A stretch of 64,000 nt of DNA from assembly GCA_051362555.1 (NCBI GenBank), contig CM120641.1, positions 13,392,001 to 13,456,000 of the forward strand, given 5' to 3'. The stretch's first letter is position 1, and every line of letters begins with the position of its first letter. Position numbers and translations under genes: made by a program. Shown here piece by piece: positions 12,130-24,500 of this stretch. Under the pieces are notes generated by a model that did not search any database, was not told the DNA's origin, and saw only the letters and a list, made by a program, of their open reading frames with translations. Source of the stretch: Lingula anatina. Lineage: Eukaryota > Animalia > Brachiopoda.

Positions 12130-12273
12130 GGCCGCATTCAGAACAGTGGACTAAATAGTCCGAGGCTCAAATATGGCCGACCCACTTGAGTAAGCCTACT
12201 TCCTCACGGGGAATCTATTCAGTGTCTATTAGCGGATTAGACGGCAAGCTTTTTAGTGGTTCTGAATGCAGCT
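12130..12273. mobile_element. 144-bp MITE, PIF/Harbinger-like
   Basis: TTT|GGCCGCATTCAGAAC ... GTTCTGAATGCAGCT|TTT (13/15 TIR, 3-bp TSD). Second partial copy at 6025-6145. Superfamily inferred from the 3-bp TSD and GGC terminus only. Confidence 0.65.
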
Positions 12274-12587
12274 TTTGGTTGTGTTAGCTGCAACAGTGCA
12301 AGTCCCCAACCAAAGTGCAAATCATTCTCGTAATTACATTAACATAATGTGATTGAGCAGATTGTGGTAGCTGCTCTACTAAGTTAACGCATAGAAGTAG
12401 AATGGTTAGCGCTAATAATGATAAAAGTGTCGCACAAAATTTAATTACACGCTAAATTGCGTAGAATGAAAATGTCTATATTTTGATTACATCTCAAATT
12501 TAACAGTTTTCCCTTGCAGAATCATCTCAACTTCAATTTGAGGTTCTCTTGATTGAGCAAGGTCAGGTGAAGGCCATTCCCCGGGCC

Positions 12588-15500
12588 ATGGCAAGTCCAT
12601 TACACAGGAATAGAGAAAGAGGTACTAGTAATAAGGTTCTAAACTGGGCCTCAGGTGTGGTAGTTTTACATAAAAACCTTACTCTTAGTCTATGTGTGAC
12701 ACCCTTGAGAAATAACTATGTAGTAAAATAGCGATTTCATAGGGTGCTGCTCTTACTTTGCCTTCCACTTCCAAGTTCTAGACGATCTAATGTAATAATC
12801 CTAATGTTAATGGCGCATGAGTAATCCTGCCACCCAATTCCCATGCAGACAGTAAAATCATGTCATTTTGTTAATGTTAACTGAAGTATACTTTCAATTC
12901 ACAGTTGCATTGTTTATCATTTTGAATTTTGTGTGTATAAGTAATTCAGTAGAAGCTTTACATGCAAGGCAAGTGTGGACCTGATGTCCCTAATGGAGTC
13001 TAACCCCAGAGATAGAAATATGTATATCCCGCTTGTACAGATATTTTATGTGGACATCTTGCTAAAGAAAGGACTGCAGGACTGCTTATAATTGACCTTC
13101 AGAAACAATTTGATTTCTAGTGGCAGCAATTTTGAACAAACTTTTTCCTGAATTAAATTCTCTTTCATTCTTTTATTTTGTTTTCATTTTATTGTGGAAT
13201 GGTCTTTATGAAGTATTGCAAGAAAAAAGTCTGTTTTACTACATACTTGTGTATTACATGTTAAGAGTATGTTCCAGGGGACCACATTGAAAAACGTGCT
13301 AAACGTCGAGTCATCCGCCTTCTCCAAGATGCAGTGGCAAAAAATGATATATCAGAGATCCGGAAACTATTAACTGAAGACGTGGATGTGAACTTCCAAT
13401 ACAGAAGCCAGACTCTTTTACAAGTGGCAGTACTCAGTGGTCACTTGGAGTCTTGTAAACTTCTGATAAGCCATGGAGCTGATGTCAACCATCACAATGC
13501 AGATGGCAATACACTCCTCAATATGGTATGTTGGAAAGGGTATGATAACATAGCCAAGCTGCTGATCAACAATAATGCTGATGTGGACACGGCCAACAAT
13601 GATGGTGCTACCCCTATCAACACGTGTGCTTTCAAAGGATTTGCTGGTATTGCAAAACTGCTCGTCAAAGCCAACTGTAATTTGCTACGCCTGAACAACA
13701 GGTCACAGTCCCCTCTGTTCACTGCTGCTCGTATGGGACATATTCCTGTCACAGATGTCCTGATCAGGGGAGGATGCGATCTCAACCAGGCTGATAATGA
13801 AAAGAAAACTCCACTCATAATAGCTGCTTCCAAAGGGTACAGCGAGGTTGTGAAGATGTTGATTAAAGCAGGTACATGTTGGTCATTCTTCGCTTGGTTA
13901 AGTATTGTAATTTGTAAAGGATAGATAGTTACATAACTTGTTGCCAGCAGAGGCTAGATTGGGGTTTAGATTGTTCCTTATAATTTATTATATAATTGCA
14001 AGTTTTTCAACCATACTTTACTTTGATATTTATCTAGCAAAATTGAAAGACATAACTTTTGGTCTGTGAGAACTTGGTGCAGAGATTTGTGTAAAACAAG
14101 ACTTACGAAGCCACGTGGTTACAAACTTACAATACAGTGTATCTCAACATGGAAAACAAATATTGTAAATAAACTTTGTTCTAGGGTGTGAAACAAATTT
14201 ACTGGACAAATACAAATGCTCAGCTCTCCATGAGGCAGCAGTTGCAGGACATGTGAAAGTTGTGGAGGAACTTATTCTAGGAGGTGCAAATTTAGATGTT
14301 TTGACAGCCAAGAAAGAGACGCCTCTTCTATGTGAGTCTTGTAATGTTGATAGATATGGTCTGGCATGATTGACATGCCATGGATCCTCTGGAACTATAT
14401 AATAAGTGTCTGTTAATTTTTTATTAGAGGAATGTAATTAAAGGGATAAGAAGTCTTCATTTTTGCAGGAAAAGTGCCATAAAACTAATTTTCGTTGGGT
14501 AAACAAGGATGTTCCCATACTACTTACTAATGATAAATGAATTCATGCCGACATTCAAAGTTAGTTGATTGTTTTTTTAAAAGTGTTTTCTTATGGAGGG
14601 TAGCTATTTAAGAAGGTCCTTGTGGTCTGATGGCAAACAAAGATTTCAGCATTATTGTGTGATAACAGCCATTTTGGTGGTAAAATGCAATTTATTATAT
14701 TTCTGTGAGTTGTTTTCAATGTATTTATTGTGGAATTTTGAATTTCATGTGAAGATTTGTTATCCCTTTAAATGTGCTTAGAAGTTATCAAAATTGTTTC
14801 TTTTCATTCAAAAGGTCTGACTTGTGATTTTGTGTAACACTGTCACTGTTTTGTGTGGATCAGAAATCAAACAAGCGAAAATAAGCAAAAAAGTACCATG
14901 TCTCCATTATGATATAAGGGAGGTTCCCTTAGAACATTGACATATGTCAGAATTTTGTTTGAATCAAAAATTAGGTAATCAAAAAGTATGAAGTGTTTCT
15001 GTACTTTAGCAATGTACCAGGTTTCCCAAGCCAAATGTTGAATAAATCTTTTTATGTACAGACACAGATGTGTCTGTACATATAGCCATCATCTGCGTCT
15101 GTCGTCGTCGCCGTCGTCGCCGTCGTGCACTTTTACCGATAACACGATAAGTGGAAAACCGTTTTTGCTTTTGGCTTGAAACTTACAGAACTGATGAATA
15201 TTCATAATATGCAGGTCAAGTTCGAAAATCAGCATGATCGGGTCATTTTTAGGGAAATTACACTGTTTTTTCCCTATTTTCAGCATATATGCAACACCGA
15301 TAACACGATAAGTGGAAAACGGTTTCACCTTTTGGCTTGAAACTTATGAAACTGATGAATATTCATAATACGCAGGTCAAGTCCGAAAATCAGCATGATC
15401 GGGTCATTTTTAGGGAAGTTACGCTGTTTTTTCACTTTTTTCAGCATTTTTGCAACACTGCTAACACGATAAGTGAAATACCGTTTAACCCTTTGGCTTG

Positions 15501-18500
15501 AAACTTACAGAACTGATGAATATTCATAATACGCAGGTCAAGTTCAAAAATCAGCACGATCGGGTCACTCATAGGGTATTTATGCTGTTTTTTCACTTTT
15601 TTCAGTATATATGCAACACTGATAACACAATATAAGAAAAACAGATTGGCCAATTGTCATTATACTCACAGAAGGGGCCAATCTTACTAAAACGCAGGTT
15701 GAGTTTGAAAATCAGCATAATCAGTCCATTATTTTAGAAGTTATGCTGTTTTTTCACATTTCCTCACATTCAATTCTTAGGCATGTTAACAGTCTCATTA
15801 TTGAACTAATAAGATATGTAAATGTGTTTGTTTGGCATTTCCTGCATCTTTACAACATTGTTAGTTGATTTTGTAAAAATGATGGTAAACTTGTTATCAT
15901 GTATTGTGTAATAAAGTGTCAAAAATGGAAATAAACTCATATCATTGCAGTTTGTCAGATGCATTCATCCACTATGTTCAGAATCTCAGAATGGAGGAAG
16001 TTGGACATTTAACACTGTTCTATTGATACTTTTCCCATCTCATCAATTTTCTTCATTGGTCATATAAAAATGGCAGTAAAATGTTTATTTTGTTTTATGT
16101 TAAAAAGTGTTAAAAATGGAAATAAACCCATTTCAGAACAGTGCTGTCTTGTTTACATTTTGGCATTTTCAATATGTGACTTTGAAGTTCCATGGGCCTG
16201 AAGACTTTTGCTAGTCACATTTTCTGAATAACCATGATACTAATATTTTATAATTAAAAATTGATGGTCATTATGCTGTTAAACATTATGTAATGTTGCA
16301 TCAAAATTTGAAGAAACCCCTATTTTGGGCACTGCTCCCATGATGACCATTTAAGGAAAATCATGTCACTTACTGTTCTCAAACTTACAGGAAAGAAACA
16401 TGGGACTAAAATACAGCTTTAGTAGGCAATGCAGTCTGTTTGGTAAATTTTTCTGGCAATTAAACAGTTTTTTGTGAAAATTTAATTTTTCACATATTGG
16501 CATTTTCAATGTGTGACTTTGAAGTTCCATGATCCTGAAGACCTTTGCTAGTCACATTTCCTGAATATCCGTGATACTAATATTTTATAATTAAAAATTG
16601 ATGGTCATTATGCTGTTAAACATGATGTAATGTTGCATCAAAATTTGAAGAAACCCCTATTTTGGGCACTACTCCCATGATGACCATTTAAGGAAAATCA
16701 TGTCAATTGCTGTTCTCAAACTTACAGGAAAGAAACATGGGTCTAAAATACAGCTTTAGTAGGCAATGCAGTCTGTTTGGTAAATTTTTCTGGCAATTAA
16801 ACAGTTTTTTGTGAAAATTTAATTTTTAACATATTGGCATTTCCAAGGTGTGACTTAGAACCTCCACGGGCTTGAAGGCCCAAGCTAGTCACATTTTCTG
16901 AAAATCCATGACACTTATATTTTATTATTAAAAACCGATGGTCATTATGCTGTTAAGCATTATGTAATGTTGCATCAAAATAGAAGAAAACACAATTTTT
17001 GGTGCTGCTGCCTTGATGACCATTATGGGAAAACCGTGTTACTTATGACTGTCAAACTTTAAAAAAAGAAACACAGGACTAAAATGCAGCCTGAGTTAGA
17101 AAAGCAGTCTAATTGGCTTCTTTTCTGGAAGTTATACATTTTAGTGTAATATTCATTTCTTTTTAGCATATTCATTGTGGGACTCGGAGCTCCCATGGAC
17201 ATGAAGCCAAATGGTAATCATATTTTCTACATGTCCATCCTATTTATAGTCAATAAACAAAAATTGGTGATAATTATTCTATAATTTATTATGTAATGTT
17301 ACATCAAAATTGACAACAACTGCTACTGCAAACATTATGAAAAGAAAACTGTCCTCATTATTATAATTTAAACTTACAAGTACGATTTTTAGGATTGGCC
17401 TTCAGCTCATATGAGAAAACCAGCTCTATTGGATTATCATTTTTTTTGTATTTATGCATTTCTTGTGAAATTTTCATTTTTCTCATTCTGGCACTTTCTA
17501 AGTATAAACTTGAACTCTGATGGGCCTGAAGCCTTATGCTTTTACTTTCGTCTGTGTTACCTGTTAGTTGATGTTGACTGTGCAGTTGAACATAATGTAT
17601 TATTGCATCAGGATTGGTAGTCTCCTATTTTGGGCATTATGGTTTTGTGCTTTTCTTAAGGTGTGACTATGGGCCTGAAGACCTTTGAGTGGGTCAGTCT
17701 GTAAATTACCCTTGGGTATCACTAGATTAATTTCAGAGTTATAAAGTCATTTGCCTTAATAGGCCATTAAATGAGATTACGTAAAGCACACTTGTTAATA
17801 TTTCCCTGTAAACTCCCAAAGGCAAAGCTCTCTGCTAGATTAATAATAAGGAAGTAGTGATAATTATGCAGGTAAATTTTGTTTAATATTGCAAATAAGT
17901 TTTAAATATATATATATATATATCAAACTGGAAGATTAAAAGTTTGAATAGCATCTTCATTGGAATAATATTTACCTCAAGCTCTGCCAAGGAGGTTACA
18001 TTTTCACCCCTGTTTGTCTGTCATCCACATAACACAAAAAGTTATGGACCGATTTTGCAGGAATTTTCAGGAACTGTCGGAAGTTGGCCAAAGAGGACAA
18101 TGATTAATTTTTGGTGGTGGTCCGGATCAATAATCAAACAATTATCAATAATAATCAACAATTGCTGCCTTGGCAGAGGTCTGCACTCTCAAAGTGCTTT
18201 TCTAGTTTTGTTGTTTTCCTTTATAATTTTTTCTCAAACACTTGCATTTGTGACTTTTAACTCTCATCTGCCTGGTGCTCTGCACATTTTCTGTATTTCT
18301 ACATAAGCAGTTGTGTTGTTTTTTATGTCTTTAAACATTATGTAATATTATTTTATGCACTGTCATCATTTTTCAAATATTGAGACTTTCATAATGTGAA
18401 TTTGAACTCTCATGGTCCTGAAACTGTAATCTTATTGAAGGGGTGGATTGAGACCATCTTCTGGGTCTTCCGGAAGACAGTCAGGTTATTAAGTTTATAT

Positions 18501-21500
18501 TGACTGGTATCTATTTTTTTCTGTTGGAAGACCATCAAAATGGAGGATGGATCAACATAGATACTTTGTAATACTGTCAGAAAATATCTCTGGGTCCGCT
18601 CCTGTTATTGACCATGTTACCTGTTGTGCAAGATTAAAATTCAGTGTTGACTGACAGTGCTATTATAAGCATTATTTATTATTGCATCAAAATTGACAAA
18701 ATGACCTTTTTTGCATCTTTATTTTCTGTTTTTTGTCTGTACATTTGACAGCTTTGCTGCCTTGTTTATTTTAGTTGCTGTCCGTAACAATCAATATGCA
18801 GTATCTGATGCTCTAGTACAAGCTGGCTGTGATGTAGACTTGGCTGATGTCTATAAACAAGCTCCTATTCATGCTGCAGTGAGACAGGGTGAGAGCAGAA
18901 TTTTTGATGAAATTTTAACTGGGTGCTCTGAAACCTTTTACTTTCTGTACATGTTTTAAAAAAAGGCTCTTATCTGTCCTGTGAAGTATCCTCTGAAGAT
19001 ATGTATGCTTTCTGAGGACATGATTAAATGCATTAATTGAAGGAATGTGATTTAATGTAATTTTAAGTCTTAAAATGAAAATTATTATTTTTAAAGGTAA
19101 ATTGCAAATGACGGCATTGTTGAACATTTTCAGATAATGTTTGATATTAAGTTAAATAAAAAGGAAGCAAGCATGCCTATAGTATGTAATCAGAGAAGAA
19201 TGAGACTTTCTTTTCTCAATGTTGGTAAAAAGTGAAATTCAGGAACCCCATTCCCCCTCCAGTTACTAGTACAGGTTTTGGCAATCAAATGTGGATAGCA
19301 CTGCCCCACAATGTTTCACATCTTCCTAGTGTTGTCTAATATATCAACTTGGAAGGCCAAACTTCAAGTAGAAAATGAATAAACATTTCATAGTAAAAAA
19401 GAGGAATGCTGACCACCTCTCAATTATTGTAACTGTTAACCCATTATAATAAAAATAATTTATTCTTGTATGGTGCTTTCCACTTAAATCTTCATGCATC
19501 GAGCAAATTAAAAGATAAAATTCATAAATAAAGATATTCAAGCCATGCAATAATTTATCAGTTGTAATTCTTTCCAGTAAATTGCAAATCTTGCTAATGC
19601 ACCAGGCTGATTTGAAAACATTTGAAATGTGTTTTTCAAATAGTATATATGTCAGATTCTATTAAGTATGTCACCCAATTTCTTCACAGTAACCAAGATA
19701 TTACTTCTCCACTTTCAGCCACTCAGTATTTTGGTACGGATGGTGCTACTGTGGAGCTCTTGCTGGATGCTGGCTGTAATATCAATGCTCAAGATGGCCA
19801 GGGCTGGACTCCCCTATATCAAAGTGCTTTAGCTGGAGATGTAGGTAAGTAGTGGGCTTGCGTTAACAAATATTTGGAAATGTGGCCATAAAGACATGGG
19901 ATTGGTAAATACATGGTTAAATACAGACTGTGAGCAAGATCTTGATTTGGGTTTTGAAGCACTTATTTCCTGGTTTCACTATCACAGCAAAATTTTTGAT
20001 TGATGACAAAAATATTTTATTATCAAATGAATATAATTAACTTTTGTCTTCTTGCATTGGATTTATGTTTATATCATTTCTGAAAGTTCAGCTGTTTCTC
20101 TGTAGCAAAAGTGATACTGAGTCAGCCCAGATGGCAAATATTGTTCCTAGCTATGAAGACCTGATGTAGTGATTTTTTTCTTTCTTTTTTATGTACAGAC
20201 ACAGATGTGTCTGTACATATAGCCATCATCTGCGTCTGTCGTCGCCGTCGCCGTCGTCGCCGTCGTCGCCGTCGCCGTGCACTTTTACCGATAACACGAT
20301 AAGTGGAAAACCATTTTGCCTTTTGATTTGAAACTTGCAGAACTGATGAATATTCATAATACGCAGGTCAAGTTCGAAAATCAGCATGATCGGGTCACTC
20401 TTAGGGAATTTATGCTGTTTTTTCACTTTTTTCAACATATATGCAGCACCGATAACACGATAAGTGGAAAACCATTGTACCTTTTGACTTGAAACTTACA
20501 GAACTGATGAATATTCATAATATGCAGGTCAAGTTCGAAAATCGGCATGATTGGGCCATTTTTAGGGAATTTATGCTGTTTTTTCACTTTTTCAGCATAT
20601 ATGCAGCACCGATAACACAGTAAGTGGAAAACCATTTTACCTTTTGGCTTGAAACTTACAGAACTGATGAAAATTCTTAATACGCAGGTCAAGTTCGAAA
20701 ATCAGCATGATTGGGCCATTTTTAGGGAATTTATGCTGTTTTTTCACTTTTCAATATAAATGCAACACTGATAACACAATATAAGAAAAATGGATTGGCC
20801 AATTGGCATTATATTCACAGGAGTGGTCAATCTTACTAAAACGCAGGTTGAGTTCAAAAATCAGCATAATCGGGCCATTATTTTAGAACTTATACTGTTT
20901 TTTCACATTTCCTCAGATTCAATTATTAGGCATGTTAACAGTCTCATTATTGAACTAATTAGATGCGTAAAAGTGTTTGTTTGATATTTCCTACATCTTT
21001 ACAACATTGTTAGTTGATTATGTAAAAAAACATGGTAAACTTGTTATCATGTATTGTGTAATAAAGTGTCAAAAATGAAAATAAACTCATATCATTGCAG
21101 TTTGTCAGATTCAATCATCCACTATGTTCAGAATCTCAGAATGGAGGAAATTGGACATTTAACACTGTTCTATTGATACTTTTCCCATCTCATCAATTTT
21201 CTTAGTTGGTCATATAAAAATGGCAGTAAAATGTTTATTTTGTTTTATGTTAAAAAAGTGTTAAAAATGGAAATAAACCCATTTCAGGACAGTGCTGTCT
21301 TGTTTACATTTTGGCATTTTCAAGATGTGACTTTGAAGTTCCATGGGCCTGAAGACCTTTGCTTGTCATGTTTTCTGAATGTCCATGTTACTAATATTTT
21401 ATTAATAACATTTGATGGTTATTATGCTGTTAAACATTATGTAACGTTGCATCAAAATTTGAAGAAACCCCTATTTAGGGCACTGCTCCTATGATGACCA

Positions 21501-24500
21501 TTTAAGGGAAAACATGTCACTTGCTGTTCTCAAACTTACAAGAAAGAAACATGGGTCTAACATACAGCCTCAGTAGGCAATGCATGCTGTTTGGTAAATT
21601 TCTCTGGCAGTTTTTTGTGAAAATTTAATTTTTCACTTATTGGCAATTTCAAGGTGCAACTTAGAACCTCCACAGGCTTGAAGACCCATACTAGTCACAT
21701 TTTCTGAAAATCCATGACATGTATATTTTATTATTAAAAATTGATGGTCATTTTGCTGTTAAGCATTATGTAATGTTGCATCAAAATAGAAGAAAACACA
21801 ATTTTTGGTGCTGCTGCCATGATGACCATTATGGGAAAACCGTGTTACTTATGATTGTATATATATATATATATATCAAACTCAAAGATTAAAAGTTTGA
21901 ATAGCAGTTTCTTTGGAATTATATTTACCTCTGCCAAGGAGGTTATATTTTCACCCCTGTTTGTCTGTCATCAACATAACTCAAAAAGTTATGTACCGAT
22001 TTTGCTGAAATTTTCAGGAACTGTCAGAAGTGGGCCAAAGAGGACAATAATAATAATCAACAATTGCTGCCTTGTAGCTTTAAACCTACAGAACTGATAA
22101 ATATTCATAATATGCAGGTCAAGTTCGAAAATCAGCATGATCTGGCCATTTTTTAAAAAATTACTTGTTTTTTCACTTTTTCAGCATATATGCAGCACCG
22201 ATAACACAATAAGTGGAAAACCATTTTACCCTTTGGCTTGAAACTTGCAGAACTGATGAAAATTCTTAATACGCAGGTCAAGTTCGAAAATCAGCATGAT
22301 TGGGTCATTTTTAGGGAATTAATGCTGTTTTTTCACTTTTTTCAGCATATATGCAGATCCGATAACACGATAAGTGGAAAACCATTTAACCTTTTGGCTT
22401 GAAACTTACAGAACTGATGAATATTCATAATACGCAGGTCAAGTTCGAAAATCAGCATGATTGGGTCATTTTTAGGGAATTTATGCTGTTTTTTCACTTT
22501 TTTCAGCATATGCAGCACCGATAACACGATAAGTGGAAAACCATTTTACCTTTTGGCTTGAAACTTACAGAACTGATGAATATTTATAATATGCAGGTCA
22601 AGTTTGAAAATCAGCTTTATCGGGTCATTTTTATGGAAGTTATGCTATTTTTTCATTTTTTAGCATATATGCAACACTGATACACGATAAGTGAAAAACT
22701 GTTTTACCTTTTGGCTTGAAACTTACAGAACTGATGAATATTCATATTACATAGGCAAAGTTTGAAAATCAGCGTGATCGGACCAATTTTATGGAAGTTA
22801 TGCTGTTTTTTTCACTTTTTTCAGCATGTATGCAATACCGCTAACGCATTTCAAGAAAAATCAATTGGCCAATTGTCTTGAAATTTACAGGGGAGATCAG
22901 TCTTACTGAAATACAGATGGAGTTTGAAAATGGTTCAGTTTTGGTGAAGTTATGCCTTTTTTTGTATATAAGTGTTTTTTTTTCCTTTGATTTAATTCTT
23001 AGGCATGTTAAGAATCTCCTCTGTGAACTAATTAAATATGTAAAGGTGTTCTTTTGACATTTCCTGCATCTTAACAATATTGTTAGTTGATTATATAAAA
23101 AAGATGGTTAACCTGTTATTGTGTATTATATAACAAAGTGTCAAAAATGGAAATAATAATAAACTCATATCTTTACAGTTTGTCAGATTCAATCATTCAC
23201 CATGTTCAGAATCTCAGAATGGAGCAAAATGGACATTTAAAATTGTTCTATTGATATTTTTCCTATGACAGCAATTTTCTTAGTTGTTCATTTAAAAATG
23301 ACAGTAAATTGATTATTTTGTTATATGAAAAAAAAATGTTGAAAATGGAAAGAAAATCAATTCAATACAGTTATCTTTTGTTTACATTTTAGCATTTTGA
23401 AAGTGTGTCTCTGAACTTCCATGGCCTTGAAGACATTTCCATGTCACATTTTCTGTAAATCCATGATACTTTTATTTTATTATTACGGTAAAGTCTTGAA
23501 AATTTCGTCACTTAAAAATTAATTAATATTTTTAATTGTGTAAATCCGACTAATTTTTCAAAATTACCTCTCCCCGACTCCTGGGTATGACGAAATTTTC
23601 AAAAATCCGGCCTTTGGGCTTTTATCCTTAGCGGCTGTTATCTTTGATCCTCATATATTGTGGGATATTTATTACTACTTCCTAAGTCGTTTTCTGGTGG
23701 TAAATAATAATCTATTTATTACTGCATCTCGATTAAGTTATATTTAACTTACTGTACCCGGTAAGAAACATACCTCCTGATAGAGGAGAAGGATCAAGAT
23801 AAGCCTAATTGCCTCCTTGCATCATAACCTGGATTTAAAAAAAATACGCAGTTGGCAACGTTTGTTGCAGGTAGGACTTTTCCCAGGATTGAGTGTTAGG
23901 CCTTCTAAAATTATCATCTGTAACTTCCTAAAAAAAATTACAGGGAGTTAAAATAATTGCTCCCGCTGACGATCTTCCGCAATTTAAGTTCCTTGAACTA
24001 ATATGAAAACTGCATTTTATTATTGCTTACATCGCGAACGATCTCCCTCTGACGATCTTACGCGAACAAAGTCCTGTGGATATTGCGCAAACGATTCTTC
24101 GCCGAAGATACATGTAGGGCCTATGCCGTGAGCGGGGAAGGGGAGTTAAAGATAAAATTTAAAATATATATTATTTATAATATTCAAAGGGGGAGGGGGG
24201 TTAAATAATGATCTCCCGCTGACGATCGTTCGCAAACTAAGTTCCTTGAACTAATATGAAAACTGCATTTTATTATTGCTTACATCGCGAACAATCTCCC
24301 GACGTGAAAAATGCCTTTACGTCAAGCTAGGATCGCGAACGATCTCCCTCTGATATGATCTTACGCGAACAAAGTCCTGAGGATATTACGCGAACGATTC
24401 TCCGCCGAAGATATATCGTGAGCGGGGGAGGGGCTGATTAAAGATAAAATGAAAATGTTTTTTTTAATCCAAAATGTGTGTGTGTTTGGGGGGGGGGGGA

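Larger units (their letters stand above)
15049..18767 (+). mobile_element. HINE/DINE-1-like (Helentron-associated) non-autonomous element, family A copy 1, with internal tandem arrays
   Basis: Starts in a T-run, then a 14-bp-arm palindrome TATGTACAGACACA-GA-TGTGTCTGTACATA (15053-15082) and a (GTC/GCC)n microsatellite. Contains tandem repeats. Ends with 3' subTIR TGTCTGTACAT (18734-18744), hairpin CAGC-TTT-GCTG and TTGTTT. No TSD beyond T residues. Confidence 0.85.

Noticed and set aside
9711-13833. ORFs antisense to the GPCR and the large ankyrin exon
   Set aside because: Shadow frames of real coding sequence.
15089-22527. Family of similar minus-strand ORFs (…PIMLIFELDLRIMNIHQFCKFQ…)
   Set aside because: They are translations of the 161-bp tandem repeat, change frame between units and show no domain or splice structure.
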